From the human T2T-CHM13v2.0 reference genome, Homo sapiens, in NCBI RefSeq assembly GCF_009914755.1, contig NC_060937.1: DNA of 64,000 bases. One strand, written 5' to 3'. Shown here piece after piece: positions 28,090 through 41,352 of this stretch. A program made the position numbers and the translations under genes. The notes under the pieces are model-generated. The model was given only the letters and a program-made list of their open reading frames with translations. It was not told where the DNA came from and did no database searches. The first letter of the stretch is position 1. Every line of letters begins with the position of its first letter.

Positions 28090-28946
28090 GATGTAAAATA
28101 TTTTTTAAAGTATCCTTTATTCAATGATTCCTATATTTTCTAGTCTGAGATTATTAACAATATTAAAATTTTCCAAAGTACAATGTTGTGTTATTACCAA
28201 AATGATAATTTGTTTTGAGTTAGCAAGGATTATAAAGTTTAACATAGGGTTGGTAATCTAGACTTCAATTTACAGATTCATTAAAACATTACTAGGAAAG
28301 ATAAACTAAAAGTAGAATGTTAATTAGAAAGATATCTCTTAGAATTTGGTGAATAATTTCATTTTATATAGATATATGAATAAAATGAATATTACCAAGG
28401 GATATCAAACTGGTATCTAAGAAGGAAAAGGCCTGCTTAACTCCAGAACCTTTCTTTTGCTAAGTGACATTCATAACTCTTTTTCATAAATCATAACTTT
28501 TCTTGAATCTATCGGAGATAGATTCAAACAAGCAGCTTGATATCTAAAATAATATATGTTAACTCAAGGGGAGAGAGGATGTAAGCACTGGCACACCTGT
28601 GGCAGTGCAGAGAAGGAAGAGACATGGACACCACGCAAGTAGGTAATAAACTCTGAGAATCTGGCTAAATTTTATATGAAAAATTGCTAAAAGGTGAGTA
28701 TAGCTAGCATGTATATATAGAAACCCTGAGAGTTGCAGACACAAATGGAATTTGCACTCATTCCCAGCTTTTCATGAGAATGTTCAGCATCAGGGAGATG
28801 ATAAACAAAAACTAAGCTACTGGAGGAGATACAGAAAAACTTTCCATCCAAGAGACAGGTCAAAATCTGTCTGGGAGTAAAGGAAACAATAATAAAATTT
28901 CTGCCATACAGGGAAAGGGAGAACAATATTCTAAATCCAAGATTCT

Positions 28947-28975
28947 AAACTGCAATTACTTTTGCACCAACCTAA
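28947..28975. mobile_element. Solo Hsmar1/MADE1 terminal inverted repeat
   Basis: AAACTGCAATTACTTTTGCACCAACCTAA matches one MADE1 arm with a single CpG transition. Confidence 0.85.
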
Positions 28976-29819
28976 TTTTCTAGATACTATCAGAAAAGAT
29001 CTACCACTAAATAAGACTGAAAGAACTCTATCCCCTAACTAAGATGCTGAGATTCTTAGCTATAACTGGGGATAACGGAAAAGGTACTTAAAAGGGCACA
29101 CCTTAGAGAACCAAGCAAACAAGGCCCACTTAAGCCTAATATTGAAGCAGAAGAATACAAAACAATTATTGATCCTCAAACATCTTAGATAAAATTAAGC
29201 AAAAGCAATAACAGAAGAGCACTGGGGATGGGCTGAGTGTAGAGAGAGAATATCTCTTTGTCAAGATCAGAGGGTTAATGCCAGTAATGAAGAATGAATC
29301 TAGAACATTGAGAAAAAAACCCCTCTGGTGCCTCAGCCACTACCTGATATACAGCATAGGAAAATGCAAGCTGTTATGCACTGGAGGTAAACATAGCAAC
29401 AAGACCCAAACCCAGCTCAGCTCCTGATGAAAAAGAATCAAACATTCATGTTAACAGCAAAATAAACAAACAAAAAACAGCAACAAATTGAGCAGGTGCA
29501 TTTCTAGGGGTAAATATAATTTACTTCAGTCTCTGGTATTCTAAATATGATGTGTTATGTTAAGTGAAAGTACAAGACAAATTTAAAAAGCAGGAAAGAA
29601 CCATCAAAAACAGAGTTGATAAAACCAGAGTCAGTAATGACCCAGATGTTGAAAAAGACAAAAAATTCAAAGCAACTACACATAAGTAAAGATCTAGTGT
29701 AAAAAGGTGAACAATAGTCATGAACATATGAGAAATACAAAGAAAGAAAAACCTACGGAACTAGAATATAGGTAAAAAAATTCAATTGGATAGATATTAA
29801 TTAAAATAATTGATCATTT

Positions 29820-30335
29820 CAAAGAACATATTTAGCCTCTTGGTTTTAATTTAATTTCTGCTCTAATTTTTATGTATTTTCTTCTTTTTAGGCTTAAATA
29901 GCTTTTTTCTCTAGTTTCCTAAGGTAGAAACTTAGGTTATTTTTGTAAATTTCTCTCTAATCACTTCTTTCACTGCATCCCAGACACTTAAATAAGTTGT
30001 ATTTTTATTTTCACTTAGTTCAAAACATTTCAGTTTCTCTTGAGAATTCTCTGACCCGTGTACTATTCAGAAGTATGCCATTTTAATTTCCACATATTTA
30101 AGAATATTTCTGATATATTTATGCATTTTGTTTCTAGTTTGATTTTACTGTAGCCTAAAAACGTATTTTGTATTATTTATATGCTATTAAGTTTAAGATG
30201 TGTTTTATGGTACAAAATGTGTTCTTTCTTGATGAATTCTCCATGTAAGTTTGACTCTTGTTGGATGAGTATTCTACAAATATCAATAAAATCAGTTAGA
30301 CTGAGAGTTTTGTTCAGGTCAACATTACTTTTTTC
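29820..30335 (-). mobile_element. Old L1M ORF2 fragment
   Basis: Degenerate L1 antisense text (TTTCTGCTCTAATTTTTAT, GCATCCCAGA..TTGTATTTTTATTTTCA). Confidence 0.6.
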
Positions 30336-31187
30336 ACCACTCCATTGCTTTTTCCTCTCTCTCTCTCTCTCTCTTTTTGAGAGAGAGCGATAGAGATATT
30401 TTTTTATCGTACAGTTTCTCTTATTTTGGTTATTTGAATGCTGAATATTGTATTAAACATGTTAGAGTAGGAGGTGATGTTAATTTATCAAGATATGGAT
30501 TAATTTCCTTTTCCATAGTTTCCTTTTCAAATGAAGTTTGATAAATTATTTCACAGGTCTAAATAAGAATCAAGATGATTTGAAGCACATTTCAGGTATT
30601 TTAAAGGTCATTTTACTCCCTCTCCTTATCATGTGTCTTGTATGTAGACTTTTAGAAATCTCAAAGAAAAGAAGCCTGGGAGATTTTTTATTTTTTAAAA
30701 ATTAAAGTTCTTTCTTTTTTGTGGAAATTTAACTATAATTATTCGTTTGTTTGTTTCCCTAGCTCCATGTCACTGAGATAATATTTTGTTAACTTTGTCT
30801 TTGGCCTATTAGTAGCTGTTTTCTTTTTGGTTTTTGGTTTCTATGTCTCCTAAACAGGTTAAAATTTTTAGAATCTTCAAGAGCAAAAATCTAAGGCAAC
30901 TTTTCACTGTTTCTTTTATTTAGTACAGGATGTTGTCACCTTAAGTACTGTCTGTCCTACTGAAGTGCACTTTTTTATCTTCCTGACAGCACCACACTGA
31001 GGGAAGCTCTAGTTCAATGCTTTCTGCTTGGTCTTCATACTGTGAGTCATTTTATGGAAAATGACACTAAATTAAAAGTGGAGGAATCAGACACATCTTA
31101 TCACAAAATGTTTTGTTTCCTCCTAGGTCCTTGGTTCCTCATGCTTCCAAATAGATATTTTAAAATCTTGTCTTTTGATTGTTTTGG

Positions 31188-33298
31188 TTTTATTGTAGTA
31201 AATGATACATAACATAATATTTATCATTGGAATCATTCATAAATATGCAATACAGTGGCATTAAGCACAATCACAATGTGGTGTAACAATCACCACTATC
31301 TATACATAAAAATGTAATCAACCCCAAAAAAACCTCTGTGCCCATTAAACAACAACTTTCCCTTTCGCATCTCCTGCAGCCACTGGTAACCTCTGGTCTA
31401 CTTTCTGTCTCTAGGAATTTGGATATTCAAGATAAGTTATATGAGTGAAATTACACAATATTGGTTCATCTGTGACTGGATTATTTCACTAAGGATAACG
31501 TTTAAAAGATTCATGGTATTGCATATATCAGAATTTTATTCCTTCTCATGGATAGTCTTACATTTTATGTGTATCATATCTTTTGATTATCAATTCATCT
31601 GTTCATGGACACTTGAATTGTTTCCACCTTTCCATGATTGCAAATAATGCTGCTGTAAACATTCATGTACGAATATCTGCTCAAGTCCCTGCTCTCAAGT
31701 CTTCTGGAAATACACTTAGGAGTAGAATTACTGAGTTACAAGATAGTTATGTGTTTAACTTTTTGAGAAACCACCAATTTCTTTCCCTTATGGAATGCTC
31801 CATTTAACATTCCCACAAACAAAGTACAAAAATTCCAATTTCTTCACATCCTTGGAAGCACTTATTATTTTGTTTTTCCTTTTTTTTTTTGCTTTTTTTT
31901 GTTTTAATTATAGACGTCCTAGAAGGTGTGAAGTTGTATCTTGCAGTTTTGATTTGCATTTCTCTAAAGACTAATAACTTCAAGCATCTTTTTGTGTTCT
32001 TATTGGCCGTTTGTATATCTTCTTTGGAGAAATGTCTATGTTAGTCCCTTGCTCATATTTTAATTGAATTGTTTGGTTTTTTGTTGTTGAGATTTAGATG
32101 TGGTTTATATAGCTTGAATATTAACCCATTATCAAATGTATAATTTATATGTGTTACTTTTATAGGTCATTTTATGTTTTCTTAGTAGAATCCTTTGATG
32201 CACAAATATTTTTAATTTTAATAAAGTATAATTTGTCTATTTTTTTCTTTTGCTATCTGTGATTTTGATGTCATATTCTCCCAAAAAATCATTGCCACAT
32301 ATAATGTCCTGAAGATTTTCCCTTATATTTCTTCTAATATTTTTATACTTTTTACTTTTAAGTTTAGGATTTGAATCCATTTTGAATTAAGTTTTATATA
32401 ACCTGTAAAACAAGACTTTAATTCCATTACATTGCATATGGATATTACGTTTTCCCATCATCATTTGTTAAAAAGACTTTTTTCTCCATGTAGTATTCTT
32501 GGCACCCTTGTCGATAATCAGTTGACCATACACATGAGAGCTTATTTCTGAGTTATCTCTTCCATTTTATTGGTCCATATATCTGTCTTTATATCAGTAC
32601 CATTATGTGTTGATTACTGTAGCTTTGTAGTAAGTTTTGAATTCAGGAAATGCGAGTCCTCCATTGTTGTTATTATTTTTCAATATTCTTTGACTGTTCA
32701 GTCTCTTGTAATTTCATAAAAATTTGAGAGTCAACATTTCCATTTCTGTGAAAATGCTGTTAGAATTTTGCTAAGAATTGTGTTAAATCGGTAGATTGCT
32801 TTGGGTAATACTGACATGTTAAAAATGTCTTTTTAATCTATAAACACCAATGTCTTTCCATTTATTCAGAACTTTTATTTCTTGAAGCAAAATTTTGTAG
32901 TTTTCAACATACATGACTTTCACTCCATTTTTCTTAAGTAGATTATTTTAGTTGCTATTGTAAATGGAATTGCTTTCCTAATTTTCTTATCCAATGTTTC
33001 ACTACTGATATATAGAAGCACAAATAATTTCTTGTTAGTCTTGTATGCTGTAAATTTTTTGAATGTGTTTTTTTATAGATACTTTGGGATTTCAATATAT
33101 ATGATCATAGCATTTGTGAATAGACATAGTTTTACCTCTTCCTTCACAATTTGAATGTATTTTCTTTTCTTGTCTAATATCTCTGGCTAGAATTTATGGT
33201 CCAATGTTGAATAGCAATTGTGAAAGTAGGAATCATTTTCTTATTCCTCATCTTTGGAAAGCTCTCAGTTTTTCCCCAGAGAGTATGATATTAGTGAT
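31188..33298 (-). mobile_element. L1MB-type 3' UTR and ORF2 3' part (about 2.1 kb)
   Basis: TTTATTGTAGTAAA..ACATAACATAA..CAGTGGCATTAAGCACA 3' end; continuous ORF2 antisense to about 33298. Confidence 0.85.
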
Positions 33299-33689
33299 TA
33301 TGTAAAGACTTCTCATTATAATGTTTCCTCCGAAAAATTTATAGGTGTTGTCAATGTCTCAATGACTTGGCAGAAACAGAGTAAAATACAGTTACCTTCA
33401 GGATTAGTGCTGTCACTTTATTTGTAACAAGTGAAAATACTTTCTTTTTTATATTGAATAAGATTTTAAAACTACCTAACTTTTAAATTATTTTAATCAG
33501 CAAGGTCATTCCTAGAATCCATTTTGACATAGATCTAGAAACAGAATCAAATTTATTTATTTTTCCATAGTAAAAAAGTAATATATTTCTACTTTTTAAA
33601 TACATTGTCCAATTACTATATCCAATGGCAAAAAATAGGCTTTTTCTAACCTTCCAGGTTCTCAAGAAGCCCGTTAGGATTTGTTTTTT

Positions 33690-33736
33690 GTAAAATTAAA
33701 TAAAATCTTCATTTTCGTAAAATTAAATAAAATCTT
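33690..33736. repeat. Short tandem duplication (GTAAAATTAAATAAAATCTT x2, 27-bp period)
   Basis: Direct reading. Confidence 0.85.
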
Positions 33737-34081
33737 GGATAAAAACTTTGATGACATCTTGTTAGTTGTACTCATAATATTTTATTTGAGAAACTATACT
33801 ACACTTCACAACATAAAAGTTAGCAACATTAATTGTATATTCATTGAGAAATTTAGATATGCATGTTAAAATGAAAAACATATATCAGCAGATTTCACAA
33901 ATGACCCAATGTATGCTTTTGGTGTTTTAGGAAACATTTCCAATTCAAATGGGTTAGATTAGCTATTTCAGAATGGCGGCTTTGTAAATACTATTGCAAA
34001 TCCACAAGGCTTGTAAGTAGCTATTTATATAAAGTCTAAACACAAAAAAATGAAATACTTTAGTGTCATTTAATGGTATAG

Positions 34082-36749
34082 TACTGAATGGGCAAAAGCT
34101 GAAATCATTCCCTTTAAAACCAACACAAGACAAGGATGCCCACTCTCACCACTCATATTCAACATAGTATTGGAAGTTCTGGCCAGAGAAATCAGGGAAA
34201 AGAAAGAAATAAAGTGTATTCACATAAGAAGAGAAGAAGTCAAACTATCTTTGCTTGCTGATGCCATAATCCTATACCTAGAAAACCCCATAGTCTCAGC
34301 CCAAAAGCTTCCTAAACTGATAAACAGCTGCATCAAAGCATCAAGATATAAAATCAATGTGCAAAAATCATTAGCATTCCTATACACCAATAACAGTCAA
34401 GCCGAGAGCCAAATCAGGAACATACTTCCATTCACAATAGCCACAAAAAGAATAAAGTGCCTAGGAATACAACTTACTGGGTAGGTAAAAGATCTCTACA
34501 AGAAGAGCTACAAAGCACTGCTCAAAGAAATCAGAGATGACACGAACAAATGGAAAAACATTCCATGCTCATGGGTAGGAAGAATCAATATCATTAAAAT
34601 GGCCATACTGCCCAAATCAATTTATAGATTCAATGCTATTCTAATTAAACTACCTTTGACATTCTTCACTAAACTACAGAAAACTATTTTAAAATTCGCA
34701 TGAAATAAAAAAAAAGAGCCTGAATAGCCAAGGAAATCCTAAGCAAAAGAACAAAGCTGGAGGCATCAGGCTACCCAACTTCAAACTATGCTATAGGGCT
34801 ACAGTAACCAAAATAGCACAGTACCAGTACAAAAACAGACACATAGACCAGTGGAACAGAATAGAGAACCCAGAAATAAAACCGCACATCTGCAACTATC
34901 TGATCTTCGACAAACCTGACAAAATCAAACAATAGGAAAAGGATTCCCTATTCAATAAATGGTGCTGAGATAACTGGCTAGATATATGCAGAAGGTTAAA
35001 ACTGGACCCCTTTCTTAAATCATATGCAAAAATTAACTCAAGATGGATTATAATCTTAAATGTAAAACCCAAAACTATATAAACTCTGGAAGACAACCTA
35101 GGCAATACCATTCAGAACATCGGTACAGGAAAAGAATTCAGGGCGAAGACACCAAAGGCAATTGCAACAAAAGCAAAATTGTCAAATAGGATCTAAGTAA
35201 GGTAAAGAGATTCTGCACAGCAAAAGAAACTATGAATGAAGTAAACAGACAACTTAAAGAATAGGAGAAAAGTTTTGCCAACTACGCATCTGACAAAGGT
35301 CTAATATCCAACATCTATAAGAAATGTAAACAAATTTACTAAAAAAAATGACAACCCCATAAGAAACTGGGCAAAGGACATAAACACAGACTTTTTTCTC
35401 ATTTATTTATTTATTCATTTATTTATATTTTAATTATTTAGAAATAATTCAGTGGTCATCTGAAAGCCTTATTGTTATTTTCTTTTTTAATTTTTGTTTT
35501 TCTTTATTTCTTCTAAAAAATACAGGATACATGTGCAAAACGTGCAGGTTTGCTATGTAGGTATACATGTGCCATGTGGTTTCCTGCACCTATTGACCTG
35601 TCCTCTAAGTTCCCTCCCCTTGTCCCCTACCCCTCAACAGGCCCTAGTGTGTGTTGTTCCCCTCTCTGTGTCCATGTGTTCTCAATATTCAGCTGACACT
35701 TATGAGTGAGAACATGTGATGTTTGATTTTCTGTTCCTGTGTTAGTTTGCTGAGTATGATGGATTCCAGCTTCATCATACTCAGCAAACTAAAACATCAT
35801 CACACTCAGATGATGCAAAAGACATCATCTCATTCCTTTTTATGGCTGCGTAGTATTCCATGGTGTATATGTACCACATTTTCTTTATCCAGTCTATCAT
35901 TGACGGGCATTTGGGTTTGGTTGCATGTAAACAGATACTTTTCAAAAGAAGACATACATGTGGTCAACAATCATATGAAAAAAAGCTCAATATCATTGAT
36001 CATTAGAGAAACGCAAATCAAAGCCACAGTGAGATACCATCTCACATCAGTCAAAATGGCTTGTATTAAAAAGTCAAAAAGTAATAGATGCTGGCAACTT
36101 GTGGAGAAAAAGGAATTCTTATGTATTGTTGGTGGGAATGTAAATTAGTTCAGCTACTTTGGAAGACAGTGTGGTGTTTCTTCAAAGATCTAAAGACAGA
36201 ACCACATTCAACCCAGCAATCCCATTACTGGGTATATGCCCAAAGGAATAAAAATCATTCTATTATAGTGACATATGCACACATGTGTTATTGCAGCATT
36301 ATCTACAGTAGCAAAGACATGGGATCCACATAAATCACCATCAAAGATAGACTGCATGAAGGAAACGTGGTACATATATGCCATGGAGTACTATGTACCC
36401 ATAATAAAAGAATGAGATCATGTCCTTTGTAGGGACATGGATGGAGCTGTAGGCCATTATTCTTAGCAAACTAATGCAGGGACAGAAAAACAAATACTGC
36501 ATGTTCTCACTTATAAGTGGGAGTTAAATAATGAGAACAAGTGAACACATATAGAAAACAACCCGCACTGGGGCCTTTGAAACAGTGGAGGGTGGGAGGA
36601 CCGAGAGCATCGGGAAAAGTAACTAATGAGTATTAGGCTTAATATTTGGGTAATGAAATAAACTGTACAACAAACTCCCATGACACAAGTTTACCTATGT
36701 AACAAACCTGCACTTATAGCGCTGAAGTTAAAATAAAAGTTTTAAAAAA
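34082..36749 (+). mobile_element. 5'-truncated L1PA13-like element (RT to 3' end), split by a nested L1
   Basis: ORF 34170-34484 [21 protein letters not shown] (RT FADD region, decayed); 3' UTR GTACAACAAACTCCCATGACACAAGTTTACC. Confidence 0.9.
35396..35927 (-). mobile_element. Nested 5'-truncated L1PA8-like 3' end with apparent 3' transduction
   Basis: TTTATTTCTTCTAAAAAATACAGGATACATGTGC (L1PA8-type end). TSD TAAACACAGACTTTT (35381-35395) / TAAACAGATACTTTT (35928-35942). Confidence 0.85.
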
Positions 36750-37039
36750 TGGAAAACAAGAGTTCCCTGAAAATTTTTACATCTTTCTTTTTGTTCATTT
36801 TCTCTGTTCTTTTTCTTTTCTTTTTTTTTTTGCAATGTAGTATTTCTCTGTGTTATCTCATTTTTTAATTTATGCAATGGTTGATGATACATGTTTAACA
36901 GCCAGTTCTCTGGAAGAATAATGTAAGTATATGTGTATATACATAAGTTGATTATAAATTTTACTGATGTAAAGGAAGTATAGCACACATTTACAAATAA
37001 CAATAAATGATATAAACCTCTTTATGATAAATCTCTAAT

Positions 37040-37525
37040 GTTGAATCAATTATCACATAAAAAATTGGCAAAACCTCAATGAATGAGGCAATACTAGATA
37101 CAGCAAAGCATTCAATTAATTCCCTCCACACCCGCCATATCAATCTAGATTCAATAAAATCTCAATCAAAATCCCAGCAGGAGCTGGGCACGGTGGCTCG
37201 CGATTGTACTACCAGCATGTTGGGAGGCTGAGGAGGGTGGATCACAGGAGGCCAGAAGTTCCAGACCAGCCTGGGCAACATGGGGAAACCCCATCTCTAA
37301 AAAACATACACAAATTAGCCAGTCTTATAACCTGGTCTCAAAAACATAAAGAAATCAAACTAAAATAAAAAACCCCAGCAGGCTTTTTATATACATTGAT
37401 AAGGTGATTATAACACATATATGAAATTCAGAAAGGACCTAAAATAGCCAAAACAATCTTCAAAACAACAATCTTCAAAACAAAGAACAATATTGGAAGA
37501 CTCATATAACCCAATTTCAAAACTT
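37040..37525 (+). mobile_element. Old L1M ORF2 fragment hosting a truncated Alu
   Basis: TAGATTCAATAAAATCTCAATCAAAATCCCAGCAGG and AATAGCCAAAACAATCTT motifs. Confidence 0.7.
37182..37368 (+). mobile_element. Alu left arm + linker with the right arm almost entirely replaced (AluJ/FLAM-like)
   Basis: Left monomer, then TTAGCC-AGTCTTATAACCTG-GTCTC and an A-rich tail. TSD AAAATCCCAGCAGG / AAAACCCCAGCAGG. Confidence 0.85.
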
Positions 37526-37539
37526 TTTTTTGCATTTCA

Positions 37540-40500
37540 TTGTATTATTTTTGTGTTTGTTTTGTAGGAAAACTTATATCATGGGGATTTGTTGTTGAGA
37601 TTATTTCATCATGCATGAACTAAGCTTAGTACCCAATAGTTATTTTTTCTGACCCTCTCCCTCTTCCACCCCTCAACCCTCAAGTAGGCTCCAGTGTCTA
37701 TTGTTCTGCTCTTTATGTCCATGTGTTCTCGTTATCTAGCTCCTACTAACAAGTGAGAACATGTGGCATCTGGTTTTCTGTTCTCATGTAGTTTCCTAAA
37801 GATAATGACCTCCAGCTACATACATGTTCTTGCAAAAGACATGATACCTTTTGATACTGTTTGGCTGTCTCCTCATCAAAATCTCATCTGGAATTGTAAC
37901 TCGCATAATCTCCATGTGTTGTAGGAGGGACCTGGTCAGAGGTAATTGAATAATGGGGGTGGATTTTCCTGTGCTGTTCTCATGATAGTGCATAAGTCTC
38001 ATGAGATCTGATGGTTTTATAAAGGAGAGTTCCCCTGCACATGCTCTCTTGCCTGCTGCTATGTAAGATATGCCTTTGCTCCTCCTTTGCCTTCTGCCGT
38101 GATTGTAAGGCCTCCCCGGCCATGTGGAACTGTGAGTTCATTAAAGCTCTTTTTCTTTATAAATTACCCATTCTCGTATTTCTTCATAGCAGTATGAAAA
38201 TGAACTAATACAGTAAATTAGTATAGGTAGAGTTGGGCAGTGCTATTATGATCCCCCAAAATGTGGAAGTGACTTTGGAACTGGGTAAGAGGCAGAGGTT
38301 GGAACAGTTTGGAAGGCTCAGAAGAAGACAGGAAGGTGTGGGAAAGTTTGGAGCTTTCTAGAGACTTGTTGAATGGTTTTGACCAAAAAGTTCTGGCTAA
38401 GATGGTCTCAGATGAAGATGAGGCCTATTGCTCATCTATTGCTAAAACATAGAGACTGGTAGCATTTTGCCCCTGTCCTAGAGATCTGTGGAACTTTGAA
38501 CTTGAGAGAGATGATTGAGGGTATCTGGTGGAGGAAATTTCCAAGCAGCAAAGCGTTCAACAGGTGACTTGAGTGCTCTTAAAATAATTCCTTTTTATTC
38601 ATTAACGAAGATACAGTTTGGAATTGGAACTTATGTTTAAAAGGTAAGCAGAGCAAAATAGTTTGGAAAATTTGCAGCCTGATGATGCCATAGAAAAGAA
38701 AAACCCATTTTCTGAGGAGAAAGTCAAGCTGGCTGCAGAAATTTGCATAAGTAATGAGGAGCCAAATGTTAATCACCAAGACGATGGGGAAAATGTCTCC
38801 AGGGCATGTCAGAAGTCTTCTGGCAGCCCCTCCCATCACAAGCTGGGAGGCCTAGGAGGAAAAAATTGTTTCCTAGGCTGGGCCCTGGACCTTGCTGTTT
38901 TGTGCAGTCTTGGTACCTGGTTCCCTGCATGCCAGCCATGGCAAAAATGGGCTAATGTACAGATCAGGCCATTGCTTCAGAGGGTGCAAGCCCCAAGCCT
39001 TGGTGGCTTGCATGTGGTTTTGGGCCTGCAGGTGCACAGAAGTCAGTAATTGAAGTTTGGGAACTTCCACCTACATTTCAGAGGATGTATTGAAATGCCT
39101 GGATGTTCAGGCAGAGGTGTGCTGCAGGGACAGAAACCTCATAGAGAGAACCTCTGCTAGGGAAATGTGGGATGGGAGCCCCCAGACAGAGGCCCTACTG
39201 GGGCACTGGTTACTGAAGCTGTGAGAAGAGGGTCATCATCCTCCAGACCCCAGAATGGTAGATGCACTGACAGCTTGCACCGTGCACCTGGGAAAGCCAC
39301 AGACACTCAACACCAGCCTGTGAAAACAGCCAGGAGTGGGGCTGTACTCTGCAAAGCCACAGGGGCAAAGCTGCCCAAGGCCATGGGAACCCATCTCTTG
39401 CATCAGTGTTACCTGGATGCGAGACATGGAGTTAAAGGAGATCATTCTGGAGCATTAGTTTGACTGCCCCACTGGATTTTGGATTTACATGCGGCCTGTA
39501 GCCCCATTGTTTTGGCCAATTTCTCCCATTCGGAACGGGCATATTTACCTAGTGCCTGTACCCCCATTGTATCTAGGAACTAACTAACTTGGCTTCTGAT
39601 TTTACAGGCTCATAGGTGGAAGGCACTTCCTTGTCTCAGATGAGACTTTGGATTATGGACTTCTGAATTAAAGCTGACATGAGTTAAGACTTTGTGGGAC
39701 TATTGGGAAGGCATGATTGATTTTAAAATGTGAGAACATGAAATTTGGGAGGGGCCAGGGGCAAAATGATATGGTTTGGCTGTGTCCTCACCCTATTCCC
39801 ATCTTGAATTGTAGCTTCCATAATTCCCAGGTCGTGGGAGGGACCTAGTGGTAGGTAACAGAATCATGAAGGCAGGTCTTTCCTGTGCTGTTCTCATGAT
39901 TGTGAACAAGTCTTAAGAGAGCTGATGGTTTTATAAAGCAGTTCCCCTGAACATGCTGTCCTGCCTACCGCCATGTAAGATGTGCCTTTGCTCCTACCTC
40001 ACCTTCTGCCATGATTGTCAGGCCTCCCCAGCCATGTGGAACTGTGAGTCCATTAAATCTCTTTTTATTTATAAATTATTCAGTCTTGGATATTTCTTCA
40101 TAGAAGTGTTTTAAAATGGACCAATACATCATTCTGTGTAGTATTCCTTAGGGTATATGTATCACATTGTCTTAATTCAATCAGTCATTGATGGATATTT
40201 AAGTTGATTTAATTTTTTTTTTTTGCTATTGTAAATAGTGCTGGAAAGAACATATATGTGTCTTTATAGTAGAATGATTTCTCTTCTTATGGTAGAATAA
40301 TTTATATCCATTTGTGTATATACCCAGAAATTGAATTGCTGGGTTAAATGGTAGTTTTGCTTTTAGCTCTTTGAGGTATTGCACCATTGCTTTCCACAAT
40401 GATTGAACTAATTTACATTCCCATCAACAGTGGATAAACATTCCCTTTTCTCCACAACCTTGACAGGATCAGTGATTTTTTGACTTTTTAATAATAGCCA

Positions 40501-41165
40501 TTTTGACTGATGTGAGATGGTATCTGATTGTGGTTTTGATTTGCATTTCTCTAATAATCAATGATATTGAACTTTTTTATTTATATGTTTCTTGGCCACA
40601 TGTATATCTTCTTTTGAAAAGTATCTGTTCATGTCCTTTGCCCATTTTTTATTAGGGTTGTTTGTTTCTTGTAAATTTATTTAAGTTCCTTATAGGTGCT
40701 GAATATTACATCTTTGTCAGATACATAGTTGGAAAATTTTCTCCCATTCTTTACATTGTCTGTTTACTCCGTTAATAGTTTATTTCACTGTGCAGAGCTC
40801 TTAAGTTTAATTAGATCCCATTTGTCAGCTTTTGCTTTTGATGCTTTTGCTTTTGGCATCTTCATCATGAAATCTTTGCCTAGTTCTACATCCAGAATGC
40901 ATACATTGTTTTTCAGGGCTTTGTAGTTTTTCATTTTACATTTAAGTCTTTAATTCATTTTTGTATATTGTGTAAAAAAAGAAGTGTCCAGTTTTAATCT
41001 TCTGCATATGCCTAGCCCCTTATCCCAGCACCATTTATTGAATAGGGAGTCCTTACCCCATGGCTTGTTTTTGTCAGGTTTGTTAAAGATCTGTTGGTTG
41101 CAGGTGTGTGGCCTTATTTCTAGGTTTTCTATTCTGTTCCATTGGTCTATGTGTCTGTTTTTGTA
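37540..41165 (-). mobile_element. L1PA13-16-like 3' portion split by a full-length THE1
   Basis: 3' UTR AGTACCCAATAGTTATTTTTTCTGA at about 37630. L1 text stops at 37851 and resumes at 40129. Confidence 0.85.
37852..40128 (+). mobile_element. Full-length THE1 (THE1C/D-like) MaLR: LTR 37852-38212, internal 38213-39766, LTR 39767-40128
   Basis: Two homologous TGATA...TAATACA-type LTRs; MaLR internal peptide ENLQPDDAIEKKNPFSEEK; degenerate TSD CCTTT/TCATT. Confidence 0.92.
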
Positions 41166-41352
41166 GTACAGCTAACATCACACTTCATGAGAAACTCAAA
41201 GCTTTTCTGCTAAGATCAGGACTGAGGCAAAGACATCCTCTCTCACCACTCCTTTTCAACATCACACTGGAAGTTCTCACTGATGCAATAAACCAGGATA
41301 AAAATAAAAGATGCACTAATGGGCAAGAAACAAAAATGAAACTGTCCTTGTC
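41166..41352 (+). mobile_element. Old L1M RT fragment
   Basis: [30 protein letters not shown], matching the L1 [12 protein letters not shown] motif. Confidence 0.75.

Noticed and set aside
34082-36749. Retrotransposition-competent L1
   Set aside because: 5'-truncated, with stops, a mutated RT motif and a nested insertion. The L1 at 1-4377 is also disrupted.
38663-39463. Paralogous ORFs shared with 53659-54259
   Set aside because: Homologous THE1/MST internal regions broken by stops and frameshifts, not a gene duplication.
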